A DNA stretch of 64,000 nucleotides from Eledone cirrhosa (taxonomy: Eukaryota), in NCBI GenBank assembly GCA_964016885.1, contig OZ024740.1, positions 292,020,001 to 292,084,000 of the forward strand. The letters are read 5' to 3'. Shown piece after piece: positions 51,066-63,592 of the stretch. The position numbers and the translations under genes are program-made. Each line of letters begins with the position of its first letter. Position 1 is the stretch's first letter. The notes below the pieces were generated by a model. The model was not told where the DNA came from. It did not search any database and saw only the letters and a list, made by a program, of their open reading frames with translations.

Positions 51066-51144
51066 TCTGTATAGTCTTGAAAAAGACTATTTCACGTAAA
51101 CTTTCAGTGGAGATGGTCACAGTTGGAATACGATCATCAGCAGA
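51066..51144 (-). ncRNA. Type I hammerhead ribozyme with full 8-bp helix III
   Basis: Reverse complement: TCTG-CTGATGA-T-CGTA...TACG-T-GAA-ATAGTCTT TTTC AAGACTAT-A-CAGA; AUA triplet. Confidence 0.75.
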
Positions 51145-51608
51145 GCTCAACACGATAGCCAGATTCTCACTGATTAATATGCCAAAAAGGGAATTTAAAA
51201 GCAGGCTAGTTTAACATCATGCGTGATTATGAAAATAAAACGCACATGTGGAAAAACAGGGCTGGTGACGTCAGAATGAGACGAATGTTTGTTTACATGA
51301 AATAAATATTTATATATATTTATTTTATATTGTTTTGTGCATTTGCTTACCACGTGTGTTTGTTTATTTATTTTTATTTGTGTTTTTTTCCACTTTCGTA
51401 TCGCTGTCAACTTGCTAATTTTTATTTTTTATTTTTTATATTGGACTTTACTTTTTATATTTATTATTTCGATTTCATGTATATGGATTTATCTTTGCCA
51501 GTTGATGTGACTGCTTATTTTAGTATATGCGTATGGTCGAGTGTGTATATGTTTGTTTATTTATTTTTACTTATTTTTATAATTATGTGTGTGTGTGTAT
51601 ATATATAT

Positions 51609-51664
<56 letters not shown>

Positions 51665-51844
51665 GTGTATGTGTATTTATGTGTATGTATATTTATATAT
51701 ATATATGTGCATATATATATGTGTGTGTGTGTGTGTTTATATACTTATATATTTATAATCTTTCTTACTTCTTCCCTCAGCCTCACTTTCATATTTCTTA
51801 TATTTTTGTTTTCAAATCCACATTCAATAAAAACACCAGGATTT

Positions 51845-51894
51845 TTTCATTCTGACGACTGAAAGCAGATTTGTTTGCTTTCAAGAAACCACTG
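51845..51894 (+). ncRNA. Hammerhead motif truncated in helix III
   Basis: TTTCATT-CTGACGA-C-TGAAAGCAGA TTTG TTTGCTTTCA-A-GAAA-CCACTG, then Helitron-like sequence begins. Confidence 0.55.
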
Positions 51895-54800
51895 TGAAGT
51901 TGGGCGTTGTTTGTTTGTTTGGTGTCCCGAACTTGCAGGCTACACCGTTCATCCGATTTTCATGAAACTTGACACATATATAAAACTCGACCCGCAGATT
52001 GGAATAGGCTTCTTGAAAAATCGATAATCGGGCTCCCAGAAGCCAAAAATCGATATTTTCAAAATCGTCCGATTTCGATGAAACTCGATGCAAGTGTATA
52101 TTTTGATCCGGGGATGAACACAAAATCGATAATTGGACCCCCACAGGCAAAAGTCCGGCAACCGAAAAACGCCAATCTTCTTGCTTCCATTTGTCGCGAC
52201 TCTCGCCATGCAAAAAACGTTCAATCTATCAGGATTATCCACCGTAAGTCTCTTTAAATTAACGCTCATCATATTCAGCAAATCTTTTATGCCGATTCTT
52301 CCATTTCTTATATAAGGACTATCAAGACTATACCACCGCGCATCATCCTGTATTGCGCCCAGTCTTCTCAAGCGATCATCGAGCCTCCATGCGCTCTCTT
52401 CATTCCCGTGGTCCCACTACCGTAGCATAATGAGGTATCCGTCAACCCCTGCCCTCTCCCTTCCCTGCACGCCGTCGACCCACTGCATCGTTGTGCATCA
52501 CTATGCGCATCACTGCCCTGTCAGCCGCAATTCATTCCCCAGCCCTTTCCATTGCCTGCCCTCCATGGTCTCTAAGGACTGCCACGGCTCAACATGCCGA
52601 ATCCCTGCCACCGTCCACCCCTGCCCATTTCCATTGCCTACACTCCGGAAGAGCTCAAGACTTCCATGCCTGACCAAGCCGCATCCCTGCCAACGTCAAC
52701 CCCTGCCCTCTCCCTTCCCTGCACGCTGTCGTCCCACTGCATCGTCATGCCTCACCATGCCGCATTACTGCCCTGTCGGCCACCATCCCCTCCTCAGCCC
52801 TTTCTTTTGCCTGCCCGCCGTGCTCCTTCAAGACTGCCATGCCTAACCAAGCCGCATCCTTGCCCCCATCAAGTCCTACCCTCTCCCTTCCCTGCACGCC
52901 GTCGTCCCACTGCATCATCATGCCCCCCCATGCCGCATCCATGCTCTGTCAGCCGCCATGCCCTCTCTTGCCCTCTCCCTTACCCGCACGCCTTGGTCCT
53001 TCACGAGTGCCATGGCTCACTATGCGGAATCCCTGCAACCGTCAATCCCGGCCATCTCCCTTCCCTGCACGCCGTCGACCCACTGCATCGTTATGCCTCA
53101 CTATGCCGCATCCATGATCTGTCAGCCGCCATCACCTCCTCAGCTTTTTATTTTGCCTGCCCGCCGTGCTCCTTCAAGACTGCCATGCCTAACCAAGCCG
53201 CATCCCTGCCACCGTCAACTCCTGCCCTCTCCCTTGCCCGAACGCCTTGGTCCCTCACGACTGCCATGGCTCACCATGCGCCATTCCTGCCCTATCAGCA
53301 ACTTGCTCAAATGTCATCAGTATGGTTTATTCCTGCGCCGCACATAACAGACCAAAGACAGCACCGAACATGAAGACGATCCTGTGTAAGTCTTTTTACA
53401 TTCATTTTGATGATATTTAACAAAATTAAACAAAAATTCCTCCCTTTCTCCTCCAAAGCCTACCGATCATGTATGGCCGATAAACATCCTGCCTTGCACC
53501 CGGTTTTCTCAAACAATCATCGTGCCTCCCGGTGCTCTCTACATTCCCGAGGTGCAACTCAATTGGCATGCCGCATCCACGCCCTGTCAGCCGCCGTGCA
53601 CCCTGCCCTTTCGTCATGCCTCATCATGTTGCACCCCTGCCCTGTCAAACGCCATCCACTCCCCGACCCTTTCCACTGCCTAGGCATGGCAGTCTTGAGG
53701 GACCAAGTCGCATCCTTGCCACCGTCAACCCCTGCCCTCTCCGTTCCCTGCACGCCGTCGTCCCACTGCATCGTCATATATCACCATGCCGCATCAATGC
53801 TCTGTCAGCCGCCATCCCCTCCTCGGCCCTTTCTTTGCCTGCCCGCAGTGCTCCTTCAAGACTGCAATGGCTCACCATGCGGCATCCTTGCCACCGTCCA
53901 CCCCTGCCCTCTTCCTTGCCTGCTGGCCGTCATCCCACTGCATCGTCATGCACCATTTTATTTTGTATTGACACAACACCGACTACAATCATCTAACTTC
54001 ACTTTGTAGGCTAGACGCGAATCACAAGGAAAACAATCCTCTGATATACAACCCCACCAAATTCTTTGGTCTACCTAGATTTCAATGGCTATATCCTTTG
54101 CTTTTGTACGGTTGTACATTTGACAATGTCGCAAAACATTATTCCACTTGATTCTTGCCTTTCAGCTATGAATTGGGCAGTGCCTTAAAATCCCGGTTTA
54201 TTTGCGTGTAATTTTTTGGTATCTTATGAATGGAGAATCGAAAACCCTTTTTCTCATAACCTGATACATGCGTTACACATGCTCCATGGATGTTTGTGGA
54301 CTATTTTTTCAAAATACCAATATCACAGATTGGAGCACAAAAAGAAACGTTTGTTCTTCATTTATTTCGGTTAAAACATCCTGCTGGAATTTAGCGCAGA
54401 CCCGTTTAAATCCAGCGCCTTACAACCCCGAGTGTAACCGGGTACACCAGCTAGAAAGACAAATGGTCCGATTTGACGAAAGTCGATTTAGTTCCACAAC
54501 AAATTAACAAACCATACTTGAAGACACGTTGAGGTTGTTGCAAATGGCAATAACCCTAGACACAATTTTGATCAACTTTATTTCACCTATAACAAATTTA
54601 CCGGGACAGGTTTTTAGCTACTCAAATCTACTTCAGAGGTCACGCATTCATGTAAAAAATCAATAAAACTGAAGCGGGGGTTCGACTTTGCGCAAAAAAC
54701 AAGGCAAAGTTGCACATGGGAAAACTTTTTACAGGAACGTCCGATTTTCTTGAAAACTGTCGCAAAAGACTCGCCATTATGCCGCGGTTCAGATAAAGTC

Positions 54801-55142
54801 CCTTTTATTTCTTCTTCTGCACATGTAAGCGCGAAAATTGTAAAAAAAAAAAAACTGAAAAAATCGACTTTTTCACCCTGCTTTAAAAATCAACTGAAAA
54901 TTCAATTTCAAGTGAATTTGACTTCCGTCAGTCGTGCAAAGAACAATTTCAACGATACACCGTGAACCTACAATTGATCCATTATTTATGCTCAATTACA
55001 CACCTGCGTCTACTAACCTCTGTTTTTTTCCTTGAGGTTCGAAGGTTTTTGCACCTGTGATGCGCAGAAAGTAACTTTCACACATTTTAACAACAGAGCA
55101 AAGGTCGACTTACACCCGGGCAACGCCGGGTACTTCTGCTAG
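51891..55142 (+). mobile_element. Non-autonomous Helitron with GC-rich internal repeats
   Basis: 5' (GTTT)n plus CCGATTTTCATGAAACTT motif (as at 13266); 3' CCCGGGCAACGCCGGG hairpin and CTAG|T. Confidence 0.75.
52430..53950. repeat. GC-rich diverged tandem array (about 170-180-bp modules with subrepeats)
   Basis: CCGTCAACCCCTGCCCTCTCCCTTCCCTGCACGCCGTCG-like motif recurs about 7 times. Confidence 0.85.
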
Positions 55143-55399
55143 TATGTATATATATATATATATACAAACACTCACGCACACGCATATACAAGTACACAGG
55201 CACACAAACATACACACATATAAACACACACACACACATATATATATAAACACACATACATAGAAACAAACACACACACATATATAGAAACATACAAACA
55301 CGTACACATATATGTAAACACACACATACACAAACACACACACACACTCACATATATATAATACACACACAGTCGTATACACAGTCACTTTACTGTGAA

Positions 55400-57660
55400 A
55401 CCCAATATTAAAACAGTTTTCTTCCCTCCTACAATTATTTTGTCGCTCTCTCTCAAAATATTACCCCTCCCTCACTAAACCACCAAACTCTCTCCCCTCT
55501 CTATATCCGACTACATACCTCACTCTCACAACACCTCCTCTCATACTAAACCACACAATTCTTACCTTCTCTCTATATATCACTACATACCTCACTCTCT
55601 CACTCTCACAATTCCCACTCTCTCATTAAACCACAAAAAATTCTCCCCCTCTCTATATACCACTACATACATCACTCTCTATCAATCTCACAATATCCAC
55701 CAAATCTCTGTCTCCCTATATATCCCACTACACACCTCACTCTCTCACAATTCCTACTCTCACACTAGATCACCAAATTCTCTCCTCTCTCTATATACCA
55801 GTACATATCTCACTCTCTATCACTCTCGCAATTTCCTAACCGTCGCACACGCATTCGTACACTGCCCGGGCGTTGCTGACCTGTGGGGCATTGTGGAACG
55901 ACTACTGTCGCGGGTGGGACCAATCCGGTTGACCACCGAGAACATTGTCACGATCAAACCGCCTCCCCCTTTCAAAAACGAAGGAGAGGCGGTTTTCCTC
56001 TGTGTGATAGCCATGGCGAAAGAAGTTGTATGGTGGACAAGGTTGAAAGGGCTGAGGTCAGACACCTTTCTCTCCGGCCAACAACTGGTCCTTTTTTTCA
56101 AGTACCACTTTAGAAGAAGGATCAGAATAGAGAGAGAGGCGCTCTACCCCAGCAAGTTTTATGAAAGGTGGGTGAAAGTAGCGAGAATGGCCCGAGTGAA
56201 TGGGCCTTCTCTATATATCAGCCTGTAGGTGAGAGAGGAGAAGAATGAGAAGAGGAAGGGAGCACCCGCTCTTTGTGCTCCTGAAGAGGAGGATTGAACA
56301 TTTTTCGGGGGTGTGTGCGACCCATGTCAACGCCCCTCCCTATTGAGGACATCGATTGTTAAATTTAATTTGTTATATGTTTTTTTACACGTCTTTTTAA
56401 ATGTATGTAAACTCCCCCCTTTGTATTTGTTCTAATCTTTAATGCCTTGGTGGCAAATAAATAGAAATTACTCTCGTAATTCCCTCTCGCCTACCAAGCT
56501 TTCTCCCCCTCACTATATCCCACTACATACTTCACTCTCTATTGCTTTTACAATTACCTCCTCTCTCACTATACCACCAAACTCTCTGCCCCTCTCTATA
56601 TCTCACTACGTATCTCGCTCTCTCTCACTAGACCACCAAATTCTCCCCCCTCGTTCAACATTTCACTACATAACTCACTCTCTTCCACGCACTAAATTCC
56701 CCCCTCTCTAAACCAACACATTTCATCACGCCCTCTATATCCCACTACATGCCTCACTCTCTTCAATTCCCCTCACTCACTAGATAACCAAATCAATCTC
56801 CCCATCTCTATATCACAATACATACCTCACTCTTGGTCACAATTCCTCCTCTCTCACTAGACGACCAAATTCTCTCCCCCTCTCTATAATTCACTACATA
56901 CCCCACTGTTTCTCACTCTCACAATACCCCCTTTATTAGTAGGCCAATAAACTCTCTCCCCCTCTCTATAACCTACTACATACCACACTCTCTCTCACTA
57001 GATCACCAAATTCTCCCCCTCTCTATATATTCCACTACATATCCCACTCTCTTAATCCTCCCTCTCCCACAAAACCAACAAATTCTCTCCCGCTCTCTAT
57101 ATCCCACTACATACCTCACTCACTCACAATTCCCCCTCTCTCACTAGACCACCACTCTCTCTGACAATTCCCCCCTCTTTCACTAAACCAACAAACTCTC
57201 TCCCCCTCACTCTGTACCACTACACACCTCACTCTCTCAATAAACCACCAATCAATCTCCCTCTCTCTATATCCCACTACATACCTCACTCTCTCACAAT
57301 TCCTCCTCTCTCACTAGACCACCAAATTCACCCCCTCTCTATATCTTACTACCTAGCTCACTCTCTCTAACAATTCCCCTCACTCACTAAAACAACAAAC
57401 TCTCTCCCCTCACTCCATACCACTACATACCTCACTCGCTCTCACAATTCACCCTCTCTCACTAGACTACCAAATTCTCTCCCCTCTCTCTCTATTCCAC
57501 TACATAACTCACTCTCTTTCACTCTTTTAATTCCCACTCTCTCACTAAACCAACAAACACTCTCCGGCTTTCCATATCCCATTACATACCTCACTCCCGC
57601 TCACAATTCCCCTTCTTACTAGACCACCAAATTCTCTTTCCTTCTCTATATCCCACTACA
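55400..57660. repeat. Pyrimidine-rich minisatellite (about 60-70-bp diverged unit)
   Basis: CTCTCTATATCCCACTACATACCTCACTCTCTCACAATTC...CACTAGACCACCAAATTCTC repeated; interrupted at 55837-56466. Confidence 0.9.
55837..56466 (+). mobile_element. L1/Tx1-clade LINE 3' fragment
   Basis: TVAHAFVHCPGVADLW (zinc-knuckle end) ... AKEVVWWTR ... FYERW; stop at 56228; 3' UTR with AATAAA near 56456. Confidence 0.7.
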
Positions 57661-57878
57661 ATATTTTCTACTTTGAAATAAATGTTTTCATCTCCTGTAA
57701 AGAACGACAAAGTTCTCCATCCCCTCCCCCACATTTTGAACCCCTGGGGTGTGGGGGAGATCTTTCTTTTTTGGGGGTAGTGTGCTTTTGTTGAATTATT
57801 TGACAGTGTAGTGGTGTTGGTAGTAGTGTGGTGATGGTGGTAGTGTAGTGTTGTTGGTGTTTGTTCATTTTAAATATA

Positions 57879-57904
57879 TCTATATATATATCTAAAACAG
57901 AGAA

Positions 57905-57968
<64 letters not shown>

Positions 57969-58200
57969 CGCTCACTAAAACTCGAGAACCACCCAACCGA
58001 TTGTTTTCAAACTTTACACATCTAATATTTATGGTCCTGTGAGTGTTTTGAGCAAAGAAAATTTCAAATGCCCTAGGGACCGCATTAAGCGATTTAGCGA
58101 TCTCTCTCTATAATTCTTAGTCTTTCTCTTTTTAGATAGATACATACATATAACGTTGCGCCCTTATACTATCTGTCTGTATGTCTGGCTGTCTGCATTA
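57879..58200 (+). mobile_element. Helitron 5' end with (GTCT)n microsatellite
   Basis: TCTATATATATATCTAAAAC, (GTCT)n, CCGATTGTTTTCAAACTT motif; no 3' CTAG end located. Confidence 0.6.
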
Positions 58201-58238
58201 CGACATTATGAGGCGGTGTGTGTGTGTGTGTGTGTATA

Positions 58239-58288
<50 letters not shown>

Positions 58289-58337
58289 TGTAACGTTTTT
58301 CGAATATTTACTTCTGCGTTCACAGATTGATTTTTTT

Positions 58338-58388
58338 AGTTTCAGTAGATCCCGTTAAGGGTGAAAGCAGCGATTCTTTGCTTAAACT
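58338..58388 (+). ncRNA. Hammerhead-like motif, CAGAAGA family copy 2 (reads CAGTAGA)
   Basis: Matches 5624-5674 except A6 to T. Confidence 0.4.
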
Positions 58389-58399
58389 TTAATCTGTTA

Positions 58400-58471
<72 letters not shown>

Positions 58472-59076
58472 TAAGCGCTTGTTATATACGTATTTATTTA
58501 CTTATATACATTTATATAATTATTTATTTATTTGTACACAAGCATACACACACGCACATATTTATATGTGCGTGGTTTTGTATACCTATGGTAAGGTTTT
58601 GCGTATGCTTGTGTATGTACGTATCTGTTTGCGTGTATGTATTTATTTGTTTCTATTACTTCTGTATTGTATTTATTTACTTTGTTCTTAACTCTGTAGC
58701 GGAGATTCATTTGGTCTCCTAGTTAGAATTTTAGTCTACGATTTCTGCTATACCATTTACGTAGTTTTGTCTTTGCGTGTTATTGTTCTCCACGCTCCAC
58801 ATATGACTTATTATCTTCGTTTTTTCGTTCATTGCCAGAGAACGTCTCTATGCACCACCTAAGAGAACATTAGTCTACGAGCTCTTTTATACCATAAACG
58901 TGGTTCTGTCTTTGCGCGTAATTGTCTTTTACCGCTCCTATTAATGACGTATTATTCGTTTTTTCCCGTTCTTTGCCAGCGAACGTTACCACGAACCAAA
59001 GTATCGTCTTCCTGTCTTCCTCCGGTTGCAACGTTTTTTGAAATATCCAGTTCTGCGTTTACAGATTGACTTTGTT

Positions 59077-59127
59077 AGTTTCAGAAGATCCCGTTAAGGG
59101 TGAAAGCAGCGATTCTTTGCTTAAACT
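59077..59127 (+). ncRNA. Hammerhead-like motif, CAGAAGA family copy 3
   Basis: Matches 5624-5674. Confidence 0.5.
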
Positions 59128-59254
59128 TTAATCTGTTATTTTAATAAATATTTGCTCTACGGTTCTTATATATTTGATATATATTTTCCTTATCGAGCCC
59201 TCTTTGGATTTTAGTCTTCAATTTTATTATTATTACTATACATATATGTATATA

Positions 59255-59294
<40 letters not shown>

Positions 59295-59344
59295 AAGATT
59301 GAAGAATAACATGGTCGGCTGTACAACAAGGGGCTTATTTCAAG

Positions 59345-59448
59345 TATTAACAATTGTTTCATTGATCAGGTGAGTCTAAAGGCCGCTAATCACTCGAAGT
59401 TGCGTCACTCGACCTTAAATACAGTGCTTACCTCTGATAAAATCCTCA

Positions 59449-59453
<5 letters not shown>
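59345..59453 (-). ncRNA. Type I hammerhead with 82-nt helix II domain
   Basis: Reverse complement: TATT-CTGAGGA-[TTTTATCAG...CTGATCAAT]-GAAA-CAATTG-TT-AATA; palindromic ACAATTGT, GUU triplet; unit lies between (TA)n tracts. Confidence 0.62.
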
Positions 59454-59488
<35 letters not shown>

Positions 59489-59726
59489 TTGCGATGTTTT
59501 TTTATATGAAATCGTGTGTCGAAACAAATATTGTTATACTTGGGGAGGGTCATATTGTTGTAATAATATTGCCAGAATTAATAACAGAACACACTCACTG
59601 TTTGGTTGGTTTTCGCTTCTGTATCTTTTATATCAGTTAATTTATTCGGTCCTCAATGTTTACCATTGACTGACCAACGGTAAAACATACAGATATAATA
59701 TAGACACAAACACATATATATAGTCT

Positions 59727-59768
59727 AACAAAGTTCTTTCGTTGCACATCTGCAACATCGTCAGTGGT
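59727..59768 (-). ncRNA. Minimal type I hammerhead at the 3' end of a Penelope element
   Basis: Reverse complement: ACCA-CTGACGA-T-GTTGCA GATG TGCAAC-GAAA-GAAC-TT-TGTT; helix I imperfect. Confidence 0.65.
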
Positions 59769-59996
59769 GCTATTATGTTTCCTCCTGTTGTATTATATGT
59801 CTACGCCATCTTTATTTAATCTGTTTATTTAATTATTTATTTATTTTTGTCTTCTTCTCTGCGCATGCGTTTGCGTGTGTGTATAATGTTTGATGTGTGT
59901 TCGTGTTTGGGTGACTGTATTTTGATTATCGTATTCTATCTTAGTTTACTAGTGTGTGTTTATATGTGTTTGTTGTTATTGTGCTTGTGTATGTAT

Positions 59997-60043
<47 letters not shown>

Positions 60044-60084
60044 TATTTCTCTTAGGATAGTATTATTTGTTTGGGTGTTGGATT

Positions 60085-60255
60085 GGCAGTATCGGTAGAG
60101 TGTCGGACGCCATGCTTTCCAGCATAGTTACGTCCCTTTACGATCTGAGTTCAAATCCCGCCGAGGTTGACTTTGCCTTTCATCCTTACGGGGTCGATAA
60201 AATAAAGTACCAGTAATGCACTGGGTAATTGCTGGCCTTGTGCCTAAAGTAGAAA
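60085..60255 (+). mobile_element. SINE of a third family inserted in the Penelope 3' region
   Basis: B box GAGTTCAAATCC and GACTTTGCCTTTCATCCTT..GGGGTCGATAAAATAAAGTACCAG; TTATTTGTTTGGGTGTTG occurs on both sides (candidate target-site duplication). Confidence 0.75.
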
Positions 60256-61783
60256 CAATTATTTGTTTGGGTGTTGTTGTTATTCCATTCAGTTTTTCTG
60301 TTTAGCTTTGGCCTTCTAAGTTCTATTTCACTGGCCTCTCTGATTTGCCTATCTGCTGGGTCATTTCTATGTTTAGATATTATTTTAATTTCTATGTTGT
60401 CTATGTTACCGTCGTGTTGTTGTCTGGCGTGTTCGTATAGTACTGAACCGTTTTTTCGTCCTTTTAGTTCCCCCCAGTGTTGGTCTATCCTTTCACCTAT
60501 GCTACGAGCTGTCTCGCCTATGTATGTTGTTGTCATGTTTCTGCAAGTACCCTCTGTACATCTTATGCTATAGACTACGTTTCTAGTTTTACAGTTTATC
60601 CGGAGTTTACTTTACATATAATACATTTCCTATTAGTATAGTGGGTTTTCTTAAAAGGGTATGTTTTGCTGATCAGGGATTTTATGGTGGTTCCTGGCTT
60701 TTCTACCACCTTAATCTTTAAGTGGGTCTTTCTCAGGGCCTTTCTACACTGGTTAGCTAATGTCCCTCCAGGGGTAGCGTCCACGAACATGACACTCTGG
60801 TATCTCTGGTTGTCGTACCATGAGGTGGCTTTCCCTATCTTATGTTTAGTCCTATCTAAGCTATTCCATAATTTGCTCCTGTATAATGGGCAAATTCCTT
60901 TCATGTCCAGTTCTATGAGGGTCTTATACTTCTCTGTGGCTCCTTCGTATACTCTGATTCTGTCTCTTTGGTTGTAGCCAGAGAACTGCATGCGGTTGAT
61001 GAAGTGTTGGATGTGTATTTCCACTTCTGTTGGGTCGCACATGCGGGACACGTTCTTCATCACTCGTACCAAGTCTGCGATCAGAATATTAAACTTAGCA
61101 CTACTGGACATTGCTGAGTTTTTGAGTATCAGGTATTTGGAGGCCATGGGTTTAGCGTGGTGTGAGTGGAGAATTTGGGCTCTCTCGTCTATAGTGTTAA
61201 TCCAGAGTTCCGTGTCTAGTACAGGTAGTCTATTGTTAGGGTGTTTGGAAGGGTAGTCGATAGTTACAGTTATATTCTGGTGTATGGAATTAGCTATCTG
61301 CTGGATGCTTTCCATTGTGCTACATTCAATATGTTGTGTATTCATGGCAGACAAAAAACAAAAAAACAAATAAAAACAAACAGAATATAGACTATTAGAA
61401 AGAAAATGGCAAAATAAGTTACAAAGAAAAGGAATAAATCATAAATGTAATGAATTGGTATTAATATGATACTTCTAGTTATCCTTTAAAAAAAACGAGA
61501 AAAATATATTTATGAAAAAACAAAAATATTCATTAATCCATCTATTTATCATCCATTGAAATAGTAACTGATTGTATTTCTTATGATTTGTGTGGTTTGA
61601 TATACGATTGCTAATACCACCATCTGGATTTGTAAATTAATTTTCACAATCTACAATTTTTTTCATATTAAATACTTTTTATCTTCTATATTAATAACAA
61701 CATAGTTGCAATCGCTCAGATCGGAAGAAAGCAGCAACACAGATTATTGAGCTGAAAGAACAGGCGTGTTGTATTTGATAGCA

Positions 61784-62331
61784 ATGGATAGTTATCAACT
61801 AAATGAAGTTATAACTGTTATTGCTTTAGTTATGGTAGCAGTTGGGACAGTTGGAAACCTTTTTTTTTTTAGTTGTACTTTGTACAAAAACTAAGACGTA
61901 TGAATATTGGACTATACATGATTATGCTTTGTGTAAACGATATAATGGTACTTTATACAACACTATTCCGAATAGCTCTTCAAAGATTCCGTATATACAC
62001 AAACTATTTATCTACAAATGCTGATTCAATATTTTGGTTCTTTGGTAACTTTTCCCGAGCGCTTTCTTCATGGATTACAGTCGCCATTACAGTCAACAGG
62101 ATGCTTGCTTTGTCTCGACCATTTTCAGTTCTTTCAAGATTTTCTAATGGCTATAAACCCCAAATTATTAGTTTTGCTGTAATTGTTGGTCTTCTAATAA
62201 TTACCAACTTCATATATAGCAATTATTTATATCATGCAGGCGGAGAGTTGAAATCTTCAGGTGCACTGACGAATTTTTTACTTAATAGTATGATTTATAG
62301 TTATTTACCAGCTGTAATATTGACCATATAA
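61784..62331 (+). pseudogene. Class A (rhodopsin-like, peptide-receptor-like) GPCR, TM1-TM5 only, frameshifted
   Basis: TM1 VGTVGNL, TM2 YMIMLCVND, TM3 SSWITVAITVNRMLALSRPF (DRY-equivalent), TM5 IYSYLPAVIL; frameshift at the poly-T near 61860; stop at 62331. Confidence 0.75.
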
Positions 62332-63592
62332 TCATTATCAAATTTTCTGCAAATCAAGTAATATGATGGCTTCATTATACCGAAGCTTTTCTTTAAATGC
62401 ATCCAAAGCCACAGATTGCGCTTTTGCAATAAAGTGGTGCTGTGTAAGCTTACAGAATGATCCACACATGATATCAATGAAATCTGCTGCAGTAGCTTCA
62501 AGTGATACAAGTGGTGCACCCATTGTTTATATTTAATCATATCACCTTCCTAAAACTCTTGACTATCCAACTGACTATTTTGATACTCTTGTAATGCCTC
62601 TTTCCCAGGACACGTTCACAGGCATGCAACATGCTGTTTTATATCCATGCTTTATGAATAAGTTGATCCCGTACAAAGTGCTGACAACTGAATTTCTAAA
62701 AATTCACAACTCTGAAAAGAAGCTCAGCAACAAAACCAAATTTCTGTCACATCATCTTCAGAAGTATAAGAATGCATGGTAAAAATTTGAAAACGATAGT
62801 GAACTACCCACATGGTCAACTAAGGGCTTCAATAAAGTGGTGCTGTGTAAGCTTACAGAATGATCCACACATGATATCAATGAAATCTGCTGCAGTAGCT
62901 TCAAGTGATACAAAATTTGAAAACGATAGTGAACTGCCCACATCATCTTCAGAAGTATAAGAATGCATGGTAAACATTTGAAAACGATAGTGAACTGCCC
63001 ACATGGTCAACTAAGGGCTTCAAATGGTTTTTTTTTGAAATCACACATATTTCAAAAACTTATTGACACTCCCATAATAGTAACTAACATGGTTACTGCT
63101 CAGAAATAAATGGTCTAGTATATGCTAAGTAACAGGAAAACAATTATGGTCGCTTTATCTAGTGTTCCTATTGAGATAGAAATACCTAAAAGAGGCATAC
63201 ATTTGCTGTACGTTTAATACTTGGCAATTTTCAGAGGCCTGTAGATGGAAGAATATACAAAATACATTTGATTTGATACGATATTTGAATTCTACAGAAA
63301 AAGTTAGCCCTAAACACAATATTTCAAAGTAGTGGTTACCTTGTTAAAGAAGAAATGGTTGTCTCAAGTTGGTCCGAGAGGCTCGTTCGGAAAAAAATGT
63401 ATAATTAATAAATATTTGAAAGGCTTACAATTTCAAAACTATCAAAGGTATGATATTTTTCCATCATATAGGTACAGGGGGATCTGAGGGGGTGACTTGG
63501 AAAATTTTTCTGAAACTGGGTGATTTGATATGGAATAACCCTATAAGCTGCGAAACATTTGGTTTAATGATATACCCATTCTACCCATGCTC
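62332..63592 (-). mobile_element. DNA transposon remnant, tentatively Sola2-like
   Basis: IKYKQW, KLTQHHFIAKAQS...EAIILLD followed by a frameshifted (F)AEN; upstream CPGK; internal duplication 62750-63020; terminus reads GAG on the minus strand. Confidence 0.55.

Larger units (their letters stand above)
59700..61330 (-). mobile_element. Penelope-like element, 5'-truncated (RT C-terminus + GIY-YIG)
   Basis: LPVLDTELW, MQFSGY, VMFVDATPGG, CIIC; YIGETARSIGERIDQH ... RQIREA ... LNRKTEW. Confidence 0.88.

Noticed and set aside
52430-54009. Pro/Cys/His-rich ORFs up to 259 aa
   Set aside because: Open in several frames because of the GC-rich tandem repeat; no domain signal.
59510-59542. GAAA-CAAATATTG-TT half-hammerhead
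   Set aside because: The 5' core half is absent.
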